This document shows positions 25,243-37,112 of a DNA stretch of 64,000 bases, piece by piece. Source of the DNA: Octopus sinensis (lineage: Eukaryota); assembly GCF_006345805.1 (NCBI RefSeq), contig NC_043015.1, positions 41,602,001-41,666,000 of the forward strand. The letters run 5' to 3'. The notes below the pieces were generated by a model, which was not told the origin of the DNA, did not search any database, and saw only the letters and a list, made by a program, of their open reading frames with translations. Position 1 is the first letter of the stretch. Each line of letters begins with the position of its first letter. Position numbers and translations under genes: made by a program.

Positions 25243-25333
25243 CCTACGCTGAAGAGGAAAATAGTTGGGTAAGACATAATTATTTAATTTTTATGCTTTC
25301 TTATGACTTAATTTCGAAACGTACGTCCGTAGG
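25243..25333 (+). ncRNA. Type I hammerhead ribozyme motif, canonical core
   Basis: cctacg-CTGAAGA-ggaa..(stem II)..tttc-GAAAC-gtac-GTC-cgtagg; 6-bp helix I; predicted cut after C25327. Confidence 0.88.
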
Positions 25334-25922
25334 TGACTTAATATAGAATGATTGTCGTCATTTCTTTCTCTTTTGCCTGCGTTGTTTGCCTTTTAAGTGC
25401 TGTGGTTTTACTGGGATCTCCCTTTTAAGTAGAAAGAATAGCCATAACTCTTTGATTGCTATTTCTAAATTCGGTGTGTGGTGAGGCAAATCGTTGCTAA
25501 ACCCTTAATTATTTAGTATATATATATATATATATAGATATAGGGTGACGAATACTCGTTATAAATATCACCACCAGTGGCCTAGCATGTATAAAAAGTC
25601 AATAGACAACATATTCGTATTTCAAAATAGAAAATTACCCTCTAACAGGTAATTTTACATGCTAGAAATAGCAGCCAACACGGCCAAAAAACCACAATTT
25701 TATAGCAAATTTCGAAGTAAATGAAAAATAGAAACCTTTATATATAAATAAAAACCGTTATATAACAAGGTGAAGGTTTTTATTTTTCATTTACTTCGAA
25801 ATTTGCTATAAAATTGTAGTTTTTGGGCCATGTTGGCTGCTATTTCTAGCATGTAAAATTACCTGTTAAAGGGTAATTTTCTATTTTGAAATACGTATAT
25901 ATATATATATATATATATATTC

Positions 25923-26133
25923 GTGTGTGGCAGATGCACAGGGGCAAAAAATACCACAGATGCTCAGAAAACAGATTCCATCACACTCCAGGATGAGAAA
26001 CTAGAAGTAATTGATAGCTTCCGCTACGTAGGTGACCAAGTTAGTAGGGGTGGGGTGCTCAGAGAGTGTTACCACTAGAAAAAGAATAGCCTGGGCAAAG
26101 TTTAGAAAGCTTCTACCCCTACTGGTGACAAAG
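25923..26133 (+). mobile_element. RTE-clade LINE RT fragment
   Basis: Translates across one frameshift to KLEVIDSFRYVGDQVS.GG.CSESVTTRKRIAWAKFRKLLPLL. Confidence 0.78.
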
Positions 26134-26148
26134 TTTAAATGTCTAAAG

Positions 26149-26368
26149 CAGTGGTTTCTCAACCAGGATTCCGTGGAACCTTTGGGTTCCACCAGTACAG
26201 TCCAGGGGTTCCGCAAGAAGTTACAAAAATGCTAAAATTGACAGTAATTTAAAATTCTCCTGTGCAGATATGTGTGCATAAAACAATTAAATTATTGCAC
26301 AGGGGTTCCTCGAGCCAGTGAAATGTTTTCTTGGGGTTCTACTCCAGGAAAAAGGTTGAAAAGCACTG
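26149..26368. mobile_element. hAT (Charlie-like) MITE, 220 bp
   Basis: TIRs cagtggtttctcaacc / ggttgaaaagcactg; perfect 8-bp TSD GTCTAAAG at 26141-26148 and 26369-26376. Confidence 0.9.
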
Positions 26369-26536
26369 GTCTAAAGTTTCAACTGATTTGGAGGAAGCTC
26401 ATAAGATTATCCATCATTTTCCCAACAACTTTGGCCCACTTTTTGAATTCAAAATCTGTATCACCCATGGGCTTGCTTATAAGAAAAAACAGTGTGGCAC
26501 CCATGACCTCTGGAGACATTTTGTGTTTTAGTAGAG

Positions 26537-27071
26537 GTGGTGGGCAACATAATCTATTTAAAACTGTATACAGCTATGGTACGACCACACTTGGAATTCG
26601 CATCATCAGTTTGGAACCCCTATCTTGCTCAGAACATTGACCTCCTGGAATCTGTCCAGAGACGTGCAACCAAACGCATACCCTCCATCAGACACCTACC
26701 ATATTCTGAGCGCCTTGTTTCCCTGGGCATGGATTCACTGAAGCTCCGGCGTCTGGCGATGGACTTGGTAAACAACCACAAAGTTATCAACCACCTCACC
26801 AACAACAACACTGAACACCTTTTTGATCTCCATGTGTCTAACACACATGGACATGCCTACAAAGTCAGAAAACAACACAGTTCCCATGACTTTCGGAAAC
26901 ATTTTTTCACGCTCAGAGTTGCTGAAGCATGGAATAAACTGCCTGCGTCAGTTGTTGACTGCCATGACACTGCATCCTTTAAGGCCCTCATGCTTTCCGA
27001 AATCCGCCGAAATTACACCTGATTATATATACACTTTAGATGAGTTGTAGTGCACCTGAGCACTGTACACA

Positions 27072-27103
<32 letters not shown>
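26537..27103 (+). mobile_element. 5'-truncated CR1-clade LINE (end of ORF2, 3' UTR, (ATT)n tail)
   Basis: VRPHLEFASSVWNP...LESVQRRATK...RGH-like...FFTLRVAEAWNKLP, then an (ATT)n tail. Confidence 0.9.
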
Positions 27104-27104
<1 letters not shown>

Positions 27105-27146
27105 AGTGACGCTGACCAAGGAAGCCATCATAAGAACATAACTTAC

Positions 27147-27316
27147 TTTCTGCAAGCATCGAGAAATGCTTTCTCATCGGGAGACGATGCCTGGTAGCAG
27201 TATTCAATGCCTGAAACACTGTAATGTCTTCCTGTGGTGATTGACTTAAATCTGGAATAATCCACTCGGACGGTGTGACACAATGCCAGGACTTCAAAGA
27301 AATCTTTGATTTCTTG
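27147..27316 (-). CDS. ATP11: ATP11 exon, N domain (QEIKDFFEVLALCHTV...YQASSPDEKAFLDACR)
   Basis: ctgtag|CAA and AA|gtaagt, 170 nt, phase 0-2; LALCHTV and ASSPDE motifs. Confidence 0.96.
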
Positions 27317-27439
27317 CTACAGAAAGAAAAAAAGAAAAACAAAATGAATTGTGAAAAAAAAACATCGAAGATATATTTTGATGAAGGACAGCTGTTCGAC
27401 TTTATATATTTTTCTTGATATACATACATACATACATAC

Positions 27440-27480
<41 letters not shown>

Positions 27481-28228
27481 CATCATCATCATCGTTTAAC
27501 GTCCGCTTTCCATGCTAGCATGGGTTGGACGGTTCAACTGGGGTCTGGGAAGCCCGAAGGCTGCACCAGGCCAGTCAGATCTGGCAGTGTTTCTACAGCT
27601 GGATGCCCTTCCTAACGCCAACCACTCCGAGAGTGTAGTGGGTGATTTTATGTGCCACCGACACAGGTGCCAGACGAGGCTGGCGAACGGCCACGCTCGG
27701 ATGGTGTTTTTTACATATATATATATATATATATATGTATATAGATATATATTTATAGATATATACATCGCGCTCTCAGAATCTTCCTCGTCTAGGCCTA
27801 AAGGCCTTCTTCGTTTGTTTTCTTGTTTGTTTTTATTTCTCGTATTGTATTTTTTTGTAATTGTATTTTTATTTTGTATTTTATTTTGTATTTTATTTTG
27901 TAATTTTATTTGTATCCTTTTTACGTCCTGTTTGTGTCACATTTTTTTCTTCCTTGTTTTTACCCCCTCTGAAAAGTAATTTTATTTAATTCTTTCGCAG
28001 GAAGGATTAGTTCGACGAGTCGTGTTCTGTCCTCACCTTTGAAACATGCTGGAGTTGAACTAGGGACAGCTGATGAAGGGGATTTTTCCTTGTGTAGTTT
28101 GTCTTGTACGTCTATTTGTGGTGTCCTGTACTCACGTATATATATTTATATATGCATGTATATATACATGTAGATGTAGGTACATACATATATGTATGTA
28201 TGTATGCATATATTTTATTTATTACACT

Positions 28229-28270
<42 letters not shown>

Positions 28271-28384
28271 ACTTATAAATAAGGACAAACGAAAAAATTT
28301 CTAATGCCAATATGCCGAAATTGGACATATTGTCCATAACCACATAATTTTTATTTATAAGTTGTTTATAATTTTAACCTTTAA

Positions 28385-28605
28385 CCCTTTAGTGTTTGCA
28401 TTATTCTGCCAAAATTAATCTTTTTTTATCCACATTGTTTTGAACTAATCATGCATTATCTTGTAACTATGAGATTTTGATGAGGTAGTTGTTAATTTTT
28501 AAAACGATATTGTAGGGTTGGTGTGAGAGACCAGATCTGGCCAGTTTGAACATAAAACAGGCAGAATACTTTTGGCCGGATATGGCCAGTTTAAATGCTA
28601 AAGGG
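28385..28605. mobile_element. piggyBac-like MITE
   Basis: TTAA|ccctttta...ctaaaggg|TTAA. Confidence 0.75.
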
Positions 28606-28790
28606 TTAAAGGTGTATTTTTTTTAATATGCTGGCCAGTGATAAAATTAAAAAAAAAATTTTATCCTACATTAAATATATATATATATTTATATATATAT
28701 ATGTATATGGATGAAAAGGAACACACGAGTTGATATATATGGAAAAACAAGTCAAGATAGAAAATGCTAAAATAATTTTATAAAGAACAT

Positions 28791-28832
28791 TTCAGTACCG
28801 GTTTCAGCCATTTGAGACCTCTTCAACTGTAA
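28791..28832 (-). ncRNA. Degenerate type I hammerhead motif
   Basis: Minus strand: cag-TTGAAGA-ggtc..ggct-GAAAC-cg-GTA-ctg; C3U change. Confidence 0.5.
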
Positions 28833-29068
28833 CGATTAAATAACTAAATTTAGAAAAATTAAAAGAAAAGTTTTTTTAAAAGAATATTTGTATAGTGTTC
28901 AAATACAAGTGGCATTTCCTTGTTTCTGTCTTTCTCTGTCTCTCTTGTTTACACTTGTGGGTTCGAGGTCATTGTGAATTCTTGGTAGGGAAGAAGAAGG
29001 AGGAGGAGGAGGAGGAGTACATATATATACATATACTTTATTTAAAGCAGCAGAAAATTCAACAAAAC

Positions 29069-29106
29069 CTGTTACTCTGAGTTTCCCGTTGCCGTTCATC
29101 GGACAG
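29069..29106 (-). ncRNA. Variant hammerhead motif (family shared with the 48.8 kb palindrome)
   Basis: Minus strand: ctgt-CCGATGA-acggcaacgg-GAAAC-tcaga-GTA-acag. Confidence 0.5.
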
Positions 29107-29323
29107 TTTTTGCTATATATAAATATATATATATATACATACATACATATATATATACTCTACCACTGGTATTTGAGTACTCTTTTTTCCACCTTGTTTC
29201 ACATTTATGTGTTTACTCCGGTATATATACATATATATATATACATATATATACATATACACACATACACACATATATATATATATATTATATATATATA
29301 CACACACACATATATATATATAT

Positions 29324-29374
<51 letters not shown>

Positions 29375-29379
29375 TATAC

Positions 29380-29410
<31 letters not shown>

Positions 29411-29427
29411 TATATATATATATATAT

Positions 29428-29490
<63 letters not shown>

Positions 29491-29794
29491 CATACATACA
29501 TACATACACACCCATGCACACAGAACCCGGGACCCTGTGGCTAGTAAGCAAGCTACTTACCACACAGCCACTCCTGTGCCTATATACATACACACACATA
29601 TGCTGATATGGTGTAAAAAGCACCCAGTCCACTCTATGAGGTGGTTGGTGTAAGGAAGGGCATCCAGCTGTAAAAACCCTGTCAAAATAGACACAGTACC
29701 CTGGGAAGACCTTCGACCTGGTCAGCTCCTGTCAAACTGTCCGACCCATGCCAGCATGGAAGGCAGATGTTAAATGATGATGAGGATAATGATG

Positions 29795-30010
29795 ATGGCA
29801 GAAACGTTAGCATGCTGGGCGAAATGCTCATTGGTATTACTTCTGTCTCTACGTTCTGAGTTCAAATTCCACCGAGGCCGACTTTGCCTTTCATCCTTTT
29901 GGGGCCGATAAATTAAGTACCAGATACGCACCGGGGTCGATGAAATCGACTTAATCCCTTTGTGTGTCCTTGTTTGTCCTCCCTATGTTTAGGCCCTTGT
30001 GGGCAATAAA
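29795..30010 (+). mobile_element. SINE family B copy
   Basis: Match to the family. Confidence 0.78.
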
Positions 30011-30341
30011 AAAAAAATTTAAATATATGTATGCACACATATGTACGTGTGCATGCGTGCTTGTGTACCCTTGTCCTAGCACCACACGATGGCTGCACAC
30101 GGGTATTATTCTTGCACAAACAACATTACTCATCTCCAATCATCCTCATTATCATCATCATCATCATTTAATGTCTGCTTTCCATGCTAGCATGTGTTGG
30201 ACGATTTGACTGAGGTCTGGCAAACCAGATAGCTGCACCCCACTCCCATCTGATCTGGCAGAATTTCTACAGCTGGATGCCCTTCCTAACACCAACCACC
30301 CCAATGCAAATATTAAATATGAAACCATAAAAAATACTCAC

Positions 30342-30503
30342 GGTGATGTCCTTCACCGGTTCTGGATCGACCTCATGTACTTCGGGTTTTTCACACAGTT
30401 GGTCCTTAAAGTCTATGTAACACTTGTCTCCGATGATGCACTGCTGGAACTTCATGGAATTCTGCGTTAATGTACCGGTTTTGTCAGTGAACAAGTATTC
30501 TAC
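30342..30503 (-). CDS. ATP11: ATP11 exon with the phosphorylation site (VEYLFTDKTGTLT)
   Basis: gtgcag|GTA and ACC|gtgagt, 162 nt; DKTGT motif. Confidence 0.98.
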
Positions 30504-30759
30504 CTGCACGCAATAATATCAAACATTGATAGGTGAATAACAGCATCGTAGTTCGCTTGCAGCATTGTAATATCAAAGAAGGTGAAAAGAGAGAAAATAC
30601 AGAGTTTCTGGCAATGTGGAAAGTTTAATAAAATCTTGCACCTGAAATATAAAGGTTTTGTTAAACTTTCCACATTGTCAGAAGCTGTCTATTTTCTCTC
30701 ATTTTACCTTATTGATTGGTGAGATTGAGATGTTGTAAGATCATAGCATTTTGTGTTAA

Positions 30760-30981
30760 CCCTTTCATTACTGTATTTATTTTGAGATGCTCTGTGTTTC
30801 TTTCAATCAATTTTAAATATAATAAAGAATTTAGTAAAATAACTCAGTTATCATTCAGCTAGTGATAGGAACATAAATTGTGACTAAGGTTTGGTGGAAG
30901 ATTTTAATTGAAAACTTATGAAAACAAGACATTTGTATTACAGAGCCAGAACCGGTTTCAGCCAGGTTGGTATTGAAAGGG
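30760..30981. mobile_element. piggyBac-like MITE, copy 1 of a tandem pair
   Basis: TTAA|ccctttc...gaaaggg|TTAA. Confidence 0.8.
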
Positions 30982-31005
30982 TTAAAAATATCATGGTGAC
31001 TTGAA

Positions 31006-31219
31006 CCCTTTCGTTACCATATTTCTGTTGCGATGTTTCTTTCTATTAAGTTTAGATATAACAAAGAATTTAGTAAAATAACTTAGTTATCATTCAGCTA
31101 GTGTTAGGAACATAAATTGTGACTAAGGTTTGGTGGAAGATTTTAACTGAAAACTTATGAAAACAAGACATTTGTACTCAGAGCCAGAAATAGTTTCAGC
31201 CAGGTTGGTATCGAAAGGG
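31006..31219. mobile_element. piggyBac-like MITE, copy 2 of a tandem pair
   Basis: tgaa|ccctttc...gaaaggg|TTAA; interior matches copy 1. Confidence 0.78.
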
Positions 31220-32567
31220 TTAATGTATCAGTTTTGTTGGTGAGCAAGTTTTCTTTACACACAAGATCATAACATTTTTATGTTAACACGTCAGTTTTGT
31301 TGGTGAAAAAATATTCTAGCAACACATCGAAACAAATATCAATAGATGAGATTAAGTCGCTGAAAGACCATCAATCATTGCCTTTTCTATGATTTCGTAA
31401 CATTCATGCCTTTCCCAACGAAAATATTAACAGCTTAGATGAAATACAACAGGTATTGAAACCCTGTTAGTCTCGGCTTGTTGGAAGCTTACCATTTGCT
31501 CCATTACGGATTTGCTTCCCCTTATTTGATAGTTTGATAGATGGCTCTGGTTAAGACATGAAATTCCAGTCAGAGGTGAGGTTCCAGTCTGGAAGTTCAG
31601 AAGATTTAGGGGGTTTGAAGTTACCCCTTTAGTCACCACAGCTTCCAAGTCTTTTCTGGTGCAGGGCGGTATTACCTGTCAAGGACCTCAATTATGGGTC
31701 AGATAGCAGAAGATGGCCCCAAAGATTAAAGCATGCAAGAGTCAGAGGAGGGCTTGGGCCCTATACATGAATCACAAAGGCCCACTTGTATGTGAGTATC
31801 ACTTGATGTCAAGTGAACCATTTCCTTTGCCCAAGGGTTAAATAAGCAAGAGCTGTTTATGCGATGCTATTGCAGACTTTGACATATTTTTTGTTATTTA
31901 GTTTTATATTAATTGTATTTAATTAGCTTTCTGCAATCAGTGAAGGTGAAGATGAAGATCTCAGTTTTCTTGATTTTGTTGCTTTTTGCTTGTTCCATTT
32001 TTTGCATCAATCTTCTTCACATTTTCCCCCACATCTTTTCCTAATCGTTTCACTGTTTAGCCATCCTTGTTTTTAAAATAAGTAACACATAAACAATGCC
32101 TGAAAAATTGCTTTTAAGATACGTGGCTTATTTTATAAATATGCCATGGAAATTGAAGTTGTGATACCTGTGCTGGTGGCATGTAAAAAGCACCATCCGA
32201 ACGTGGCCGATGCCACCACCACCTTGACCGGCTTCTGTGCCAGTGGCACGTAAGAAGCATCAACTGATCGTGGCCGCTGCCAGCCTCACCTGGCACCTGT
32301 GCCGGTGGCACATAAAAAAGCCACCCACTACACTCTCGGAGTGGTTGGCATTAGGAAGGGCATCCAGCTGTAGAAACATTGCCAGATCAGACTGGAGCCT
32401 GGTGCAGCCTCCTGGCTTCCCAGACCCCGGTTGAACCATCCAACCCATGCTAGCACGGAAAATGGACATTAAACAATGATGATGATGATGATGCCTGTTC
32501 AAGTAACACAAAAGCATGAATCTATTAGCAGCTCTTTCAGTTGATTATTTAAATTGATATGTATACA

Positions 32568-32607
<40 letters not shown>

Positions 32608-32627
32608 TATATATATACATATATACT

Positions 32628-32662
<35 letters not shown>

Positions 32663-32883
32663 TATATATATACACATACATACGTAAATATATAAGAGTG
32701 ACAAAAGGAAAGATGTGTGTAGCAGGAGTGTGCCAATGTAGAAGGTGACATAAGGCACAGAGCCACAAGAAGAGGCCAATGTAAAAGCGGAGGCAAAAAA
32801 AATGGCACCATGTAAAGAGCCAGTATGTGTCTGTGGATCAGAAATCAGTGTTAAGGTTGGTGCAATACAAGAATGGTACCTAC

Positions 32884-32999
32884 TTGTCCTAATTCTTCGT
32901 TGAGATCGGATGTGTTGGGTTTGGCAGCAAGATTTCGGTCTTCATCGTACATCGACAAATCCCAGGCAAAGAACTTTGATCCAATAAACTTCTGTACTT
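32884..32999 (-). CDS. ATP11: ATP11 exon (EVQKFIGSKFFAWD...NTSDLNEELGQ)
   Basis: ttgcag|AA and CAA|gtaggt, 116 nt, phase 1-0; TSDLNEELGQ motif. Confidence 0.97.
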
Positions 33000-33667
33000 C
33001 TGCAACACAAAGATTAACCGAAAATTTCAGAACTGAATTGAATTATGGAAAAGAATTGGGTAGAGAGTTGAGATGAGACAGCAGCGTAACATTCAAAGAT
33101 GCAGGAAAGATATTGGTTGATATTGTTGTTGCTGTTGTTGTTGAGCAAACGGTCTTCGTCCCAGAGATTGCAAGATGGGAGAAGTCCGAAACGTGGTCCT
33201 TTGCTATTCGTAAGACCCGCAGAAGAGAAAGCAGGTCAATCCCCGACACCGAGAGCATCGACGGATGGATGAATGTGCATCCAGGCTCAGCGGTTGACTC
33301 TGCCAGTGCTGATGTGCCACATAAGAAGCACCCAATCCACACTGTAAAGTGGTTGGCATTTGGAAGGGCACCCGGCTTTAAAAAAGACCATGCCAAAACT
33401 GACCTCACCTGAGCTGGTGCCACATGAAAAGCACTTGGTCCACTCTGCTGGGTGGTTGGCATTAGGAAGGGCATCCAACCATAAAAACCCTTCCAAAACA
33501 GACACAGAAGTAAAGGCGCAGTTTTCTATCGAATTGGCTCCTGTCAAACCGTTCAATCCATGCCAGTATGGAAGGCGGATGTTAAACCATGATGATGATG
33601 ATAAATTTTACACACATGTGGCTGCATGCACACAAACAAACACCAACATGGAGCAATCATAAAACAT

Positions 33668-33842
33668 CATATTTACTCACGCATAAGTTGCACTATTTTA
33701 TATTTGATTTTAATTGGAAAAAAAACAAACAAACTGGGGTGTGACTCATGCACAGGGTAAAGCTAAAGATATGAAGGAGTAAAATTTCGTACCAAGATTT
33801 AAACACCAAATTAGGGGTGCCACTTATACCTTGAGTAAATAG
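33668..33842. mobile_element. Tigger/Tc2-like MITE, decayed
   Basis: Imperfect TIRs catatttactcacgcataagt / acttataccttgagtaaatag. Confidence 0.5.
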
Positions 33843-33893
33843 GGACCTTCTAAGTTATAAAGCTCATGTGAGAAAACGTGTGATGATACGAAC

Positions 33894-33975
33894 CTATAGT
33901 TACATAGAGGGAGATAGGAATGGTGTAGTTTAGGATAACAAGAAATGCCAGGAAGTCTTCGACCACTTTTGATGC
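33894..33975 (-). CDS. ATP11: ATP11 exon, TM4 (ASKVVEDFLAFLVILNYTIPISLYVTI)
   Basis: ttccag|GCA and ATAG|gttcgt, 82 nt, phase 0-1; PISL motif. Not shown in the ORF track frame. Confidence 0.95.
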
Positions 33976-33999
33976 CTGGAATATAACAAAAACAAACAA

Positions 34000-34031
<32 letters not shown>

Positions 34032-34093
34032 TAATGATAATAGTAATAATAATAACAATAATAATAATAATAGTAATAATAATAGTAATAATA

Positions 34094-34126
<33 letters not shown>

Positions 34127-34234
34127 ATAATGATAATAGTAATATAATAATAATAGTAATAATAATAGTAATAATAGAAATAATAATAATAATAATAATA
34201 ATAACAATAATAACAATAATGGTTTTAAATTTTG

Positions 34235-34432
34235 CCACAAGGTCAGATATTTTGGGGGAAGGGATGAGTCAATTACATCGACCCCAGTGCGTAACTGGTA
34301 CTTATTTAATTGACCCTGAAAGGATAAAAGGCAAAGTTGACCTTGGCGGAATTTGAACTCAGAAGGTAGTGACAGACGAAATACTATCAAGCATTTTGTC
34401 TGGTGTGCTAACGGTTCTGCCAAACAGCCACC
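34235..34432 (-). mobile_element. SINE family B copy
   Basis: Reverse match to the family. Confidence 0.78.
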
Positions 34433-34894
34433 TTAATACAAATAAAAATAATAATAATAATAATAATAATAAAAAGAAGAAAAAATAAACTGCTATGATG
34501 ATTTGAGGAGGGGAAATATGAAGGTTGTGGTCAATGAGGAGAGTAGACGTGATACCAAAAGTAATTGGTGCACTTGGAAGTATCAGCACTCGACTATAAA
34601 CATGGCTGGAAAAGGTCGGTGAAAGTGTGAAGGTAGAAGGGAGAGAAAGAGAGAGAGAAAGAAAGAAAGAAAGAAAGAGAGAAAGTGAGGATGGAGAAAG
34701 AGACAGAGAAAGAGAAAGTGAAAAAGAGAGATATAGAAAGTGAGAGAGAGAAAGAGAAAGGGAGAGAAAAAGAGAGAAAGAGAAAGGATAGAGAGAGGGA
34801 GAGGGTGAGAAAAAGAGAGAGAAAAAGAGAGAAAGAAAGAGAGAGAAAAAGAGAGAAGGAGAGAGAGGGGTGAGAAATAGAGAAAGCAACTTAC

Positions 34895-35033
34895 AGTGAT
34901 AGGTGCATGAGCATCGAGATACCAGTAAGATGTCATGTCCATATTCATTGCAAACCAATAATGCAATCCTGTGCAGACGCCGACCTCAATCACCAACAGA
35001 CACAGAAAGAACTTCAGGTAAGCATTCATGGTC
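34895..35033 (-). CDS. ATP11: ATP11 exon, TM3 (TMNAYLKFFLCLLV...HAPIT)
   Basis: ttgtag|G and ACT|gtaagt, 139 nt, phase 2-0; hydrophobic helix in the expected position. Confidence 0.93.
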
Positions 35034-35406
35034 CTACAAAAGAGAGAATCTCAGTTATTCTTCCTCCAGTGGAAGCACAGGAATGCCGTTGCCAAATGTA
35101 AAACCCTGGGTAGGTATATGTGTATATGTTTGCGTGTCAGTGCTTGTCTCTCCAACATCGCTTGACAACGGATGTTGGTGTGTTTACGTCCCTGTGACTT
35201 CGATAGAATAAGTACTAGTCTTACAAAAAATAAGTCCCGGGGTTGATTTGCTCGACTAAAGGCAGTACTCCAGCATGGCCACAGTCAAATGACTGAAACA
35301 AGTAAAAGAATATATAAGTATCCCAACGCACAAATCTCTGGGACCTTGAGTCACTCTGTTGCTTCTGCTAAATATTAATTAATTACAAATAACAAATGTT
35401 ACGTAC

Positions 35407-35488
35407 CTTTCAACTACGGAAACTTTGGCGCTCTTGAATTTGGAATTCAGTGCCATTTTGGTTTGTTGGCCTGTATACACAGCACAAC
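35407..35488 (-). CDS. ATP11: ATP11 exon (GCAVYTGQQTKMALNSKFKSAKVSVVER)
   Basis: ttgcag|GT and AG|gtacgt, 82 nt, phase 1-2; AVYTG..TKM motif. Confidence 0.95.
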
Positions 35489-35946
35489 CTGCAATAAAAG
35501 ACTGGAGTTTAGAACTTCTTAACTGAAATGTCCAATCAAATTTTATTGGTTTGTTTTGGGGGATTTTGGTATTGGACTGTGGCCCAGCTGGAGCAGACAC
35601 ACACTACACTCAGAGACTATTTAATCATTATATTGACCCCAGTAATTTGTCGAGAAATTCTTTTTAGGACTTGTAAGAAATGGAAGGAAAAAAAGAAATA
35701 TGTTCTTGGTGTAAAGGGAGCTAACTCTTTTGGCGTCACTACATGAAATTAATGTATTCAAAGGCAGAGAGGACATCCCATAATATTGGTTTCAGATTTT
35801 GGGACAAGGCCAGTAATTTCGAGTGATGGAGGTAAGTTGATTATATTGGCCCCCAGAGCTCAACTGGTACTTATTTTATTGACCGCAAGAGGATAAAAGG
35901 TACAGAATTTTGTCCAGCATGCTAAAGGTTCTGCCAGCTCGTTGCC

Positions 35947-35992
<46 letters not shown>

Positions 35993-35996
<4 letters not shown>

Positions 35997-36349
35997 AAAA
36001 CAATACCTGTTGTCATAGGTGCCCTGGGAATGATAGCAAAAGGGGCTGATTGCTACCTAGTTCAGAGACCAGGAAACCCCCAAAATAGCAGATATTCAAA
36101 AGATAGTGCTCATGGGATCTGCCCATATCCTACGCAAAATACTTTCTATGTAATCTCAAGTTTTAAAACAAACATAATTTTCTTATGGTTTCTTAAACAT
36201 TCACTAGAACAACACTATGAACAAAACCAAATATATGGCACCCTAGGCATAACACAAATATGAACTTCCAACTTGTTGTCTCTTGAGGTCTCTGGGTGAG
36301 ACTTGGAGCCAACTTGTACAAATGTAAAGCAAAAGTCAAACATAAGATG

Positions 36350-36350
<1 letters not shown>
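35993..36350 (+). mobile_element. R4/Dong-type non-LTR element, 3' fragment in (TAA)n
   Basis: TIPVVIGALG...IQKIVLMGSAHILRKILSM* across one frameshift; (TAA)n on both sides. Confidence 0.78.
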
Positions 36351-36408
<58 letters not shown>

Positions 36409-36409
36409 C

Positions 36410-36622
36410 CTTTCTACTATAGGCACAAAGCCTGAATTTTGTAGGGAGGGGGGTACAGTCGATCACATCAACCCCAGTACTCAACTGGTACTTGATTTGT
36501 CAACCCCGAAAGGATGAAAGGCAAAGTTGACCTTGGTGGAATGTGAACTCAGAACGTTGCAGCAGACGAAATACCACTAAGCATTTTGGCCAGCGTGCTA
36601 TTGATTCCGCCAGCTAGCCACC
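36410..36622 (-). mobile_element. SINE family B copy
   Basis: Reverse match, between (TAA)n arrays. Confidence 0.78.
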
Positions 36623-36637
36623 TTAATAATAATAATA

Positions 36638-36673
<36 letters not shown>

Positions 36674-36740
36674 TAACAATAAAAATAAAAATAATAATAA
36701 TGAAAATAATGATAATAATAATAATAAAAATAATAATAAC

Positions 36741-36775
<35 letters not shown>

Positions 36776-36785
36776 TAAAAATAAA

Positions 36786-36823
<38 letters not shown>

Positions 36824-36914
36824 TAATAATAATAATAATAATAATAACAATAAAAATAATAATAATAATAATGAAAATAATGATAATAATAATAATAAAA
36901 ATAATAATAATAAC

Positions 36915-36961
<47 letters not shown>

Positions 36962-37028
36962 TAAAAATTAAAATAATAATAATAATGAAAATAATGATAA
37001 TAATAATAATAAAAATAATAATAATAAC

Positions 37029-37063
<35 letters not shown>

Positions 37064-37067
37064 TAAA

Positions 37068-37112
<45 letters not shown>

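Noticed and set aside
28026-28100. GAAAC followed by CTGATGA, suggesting a type II hammerhead
   Set aside because: No convincing helix III or NUH triplet between the two core strands.
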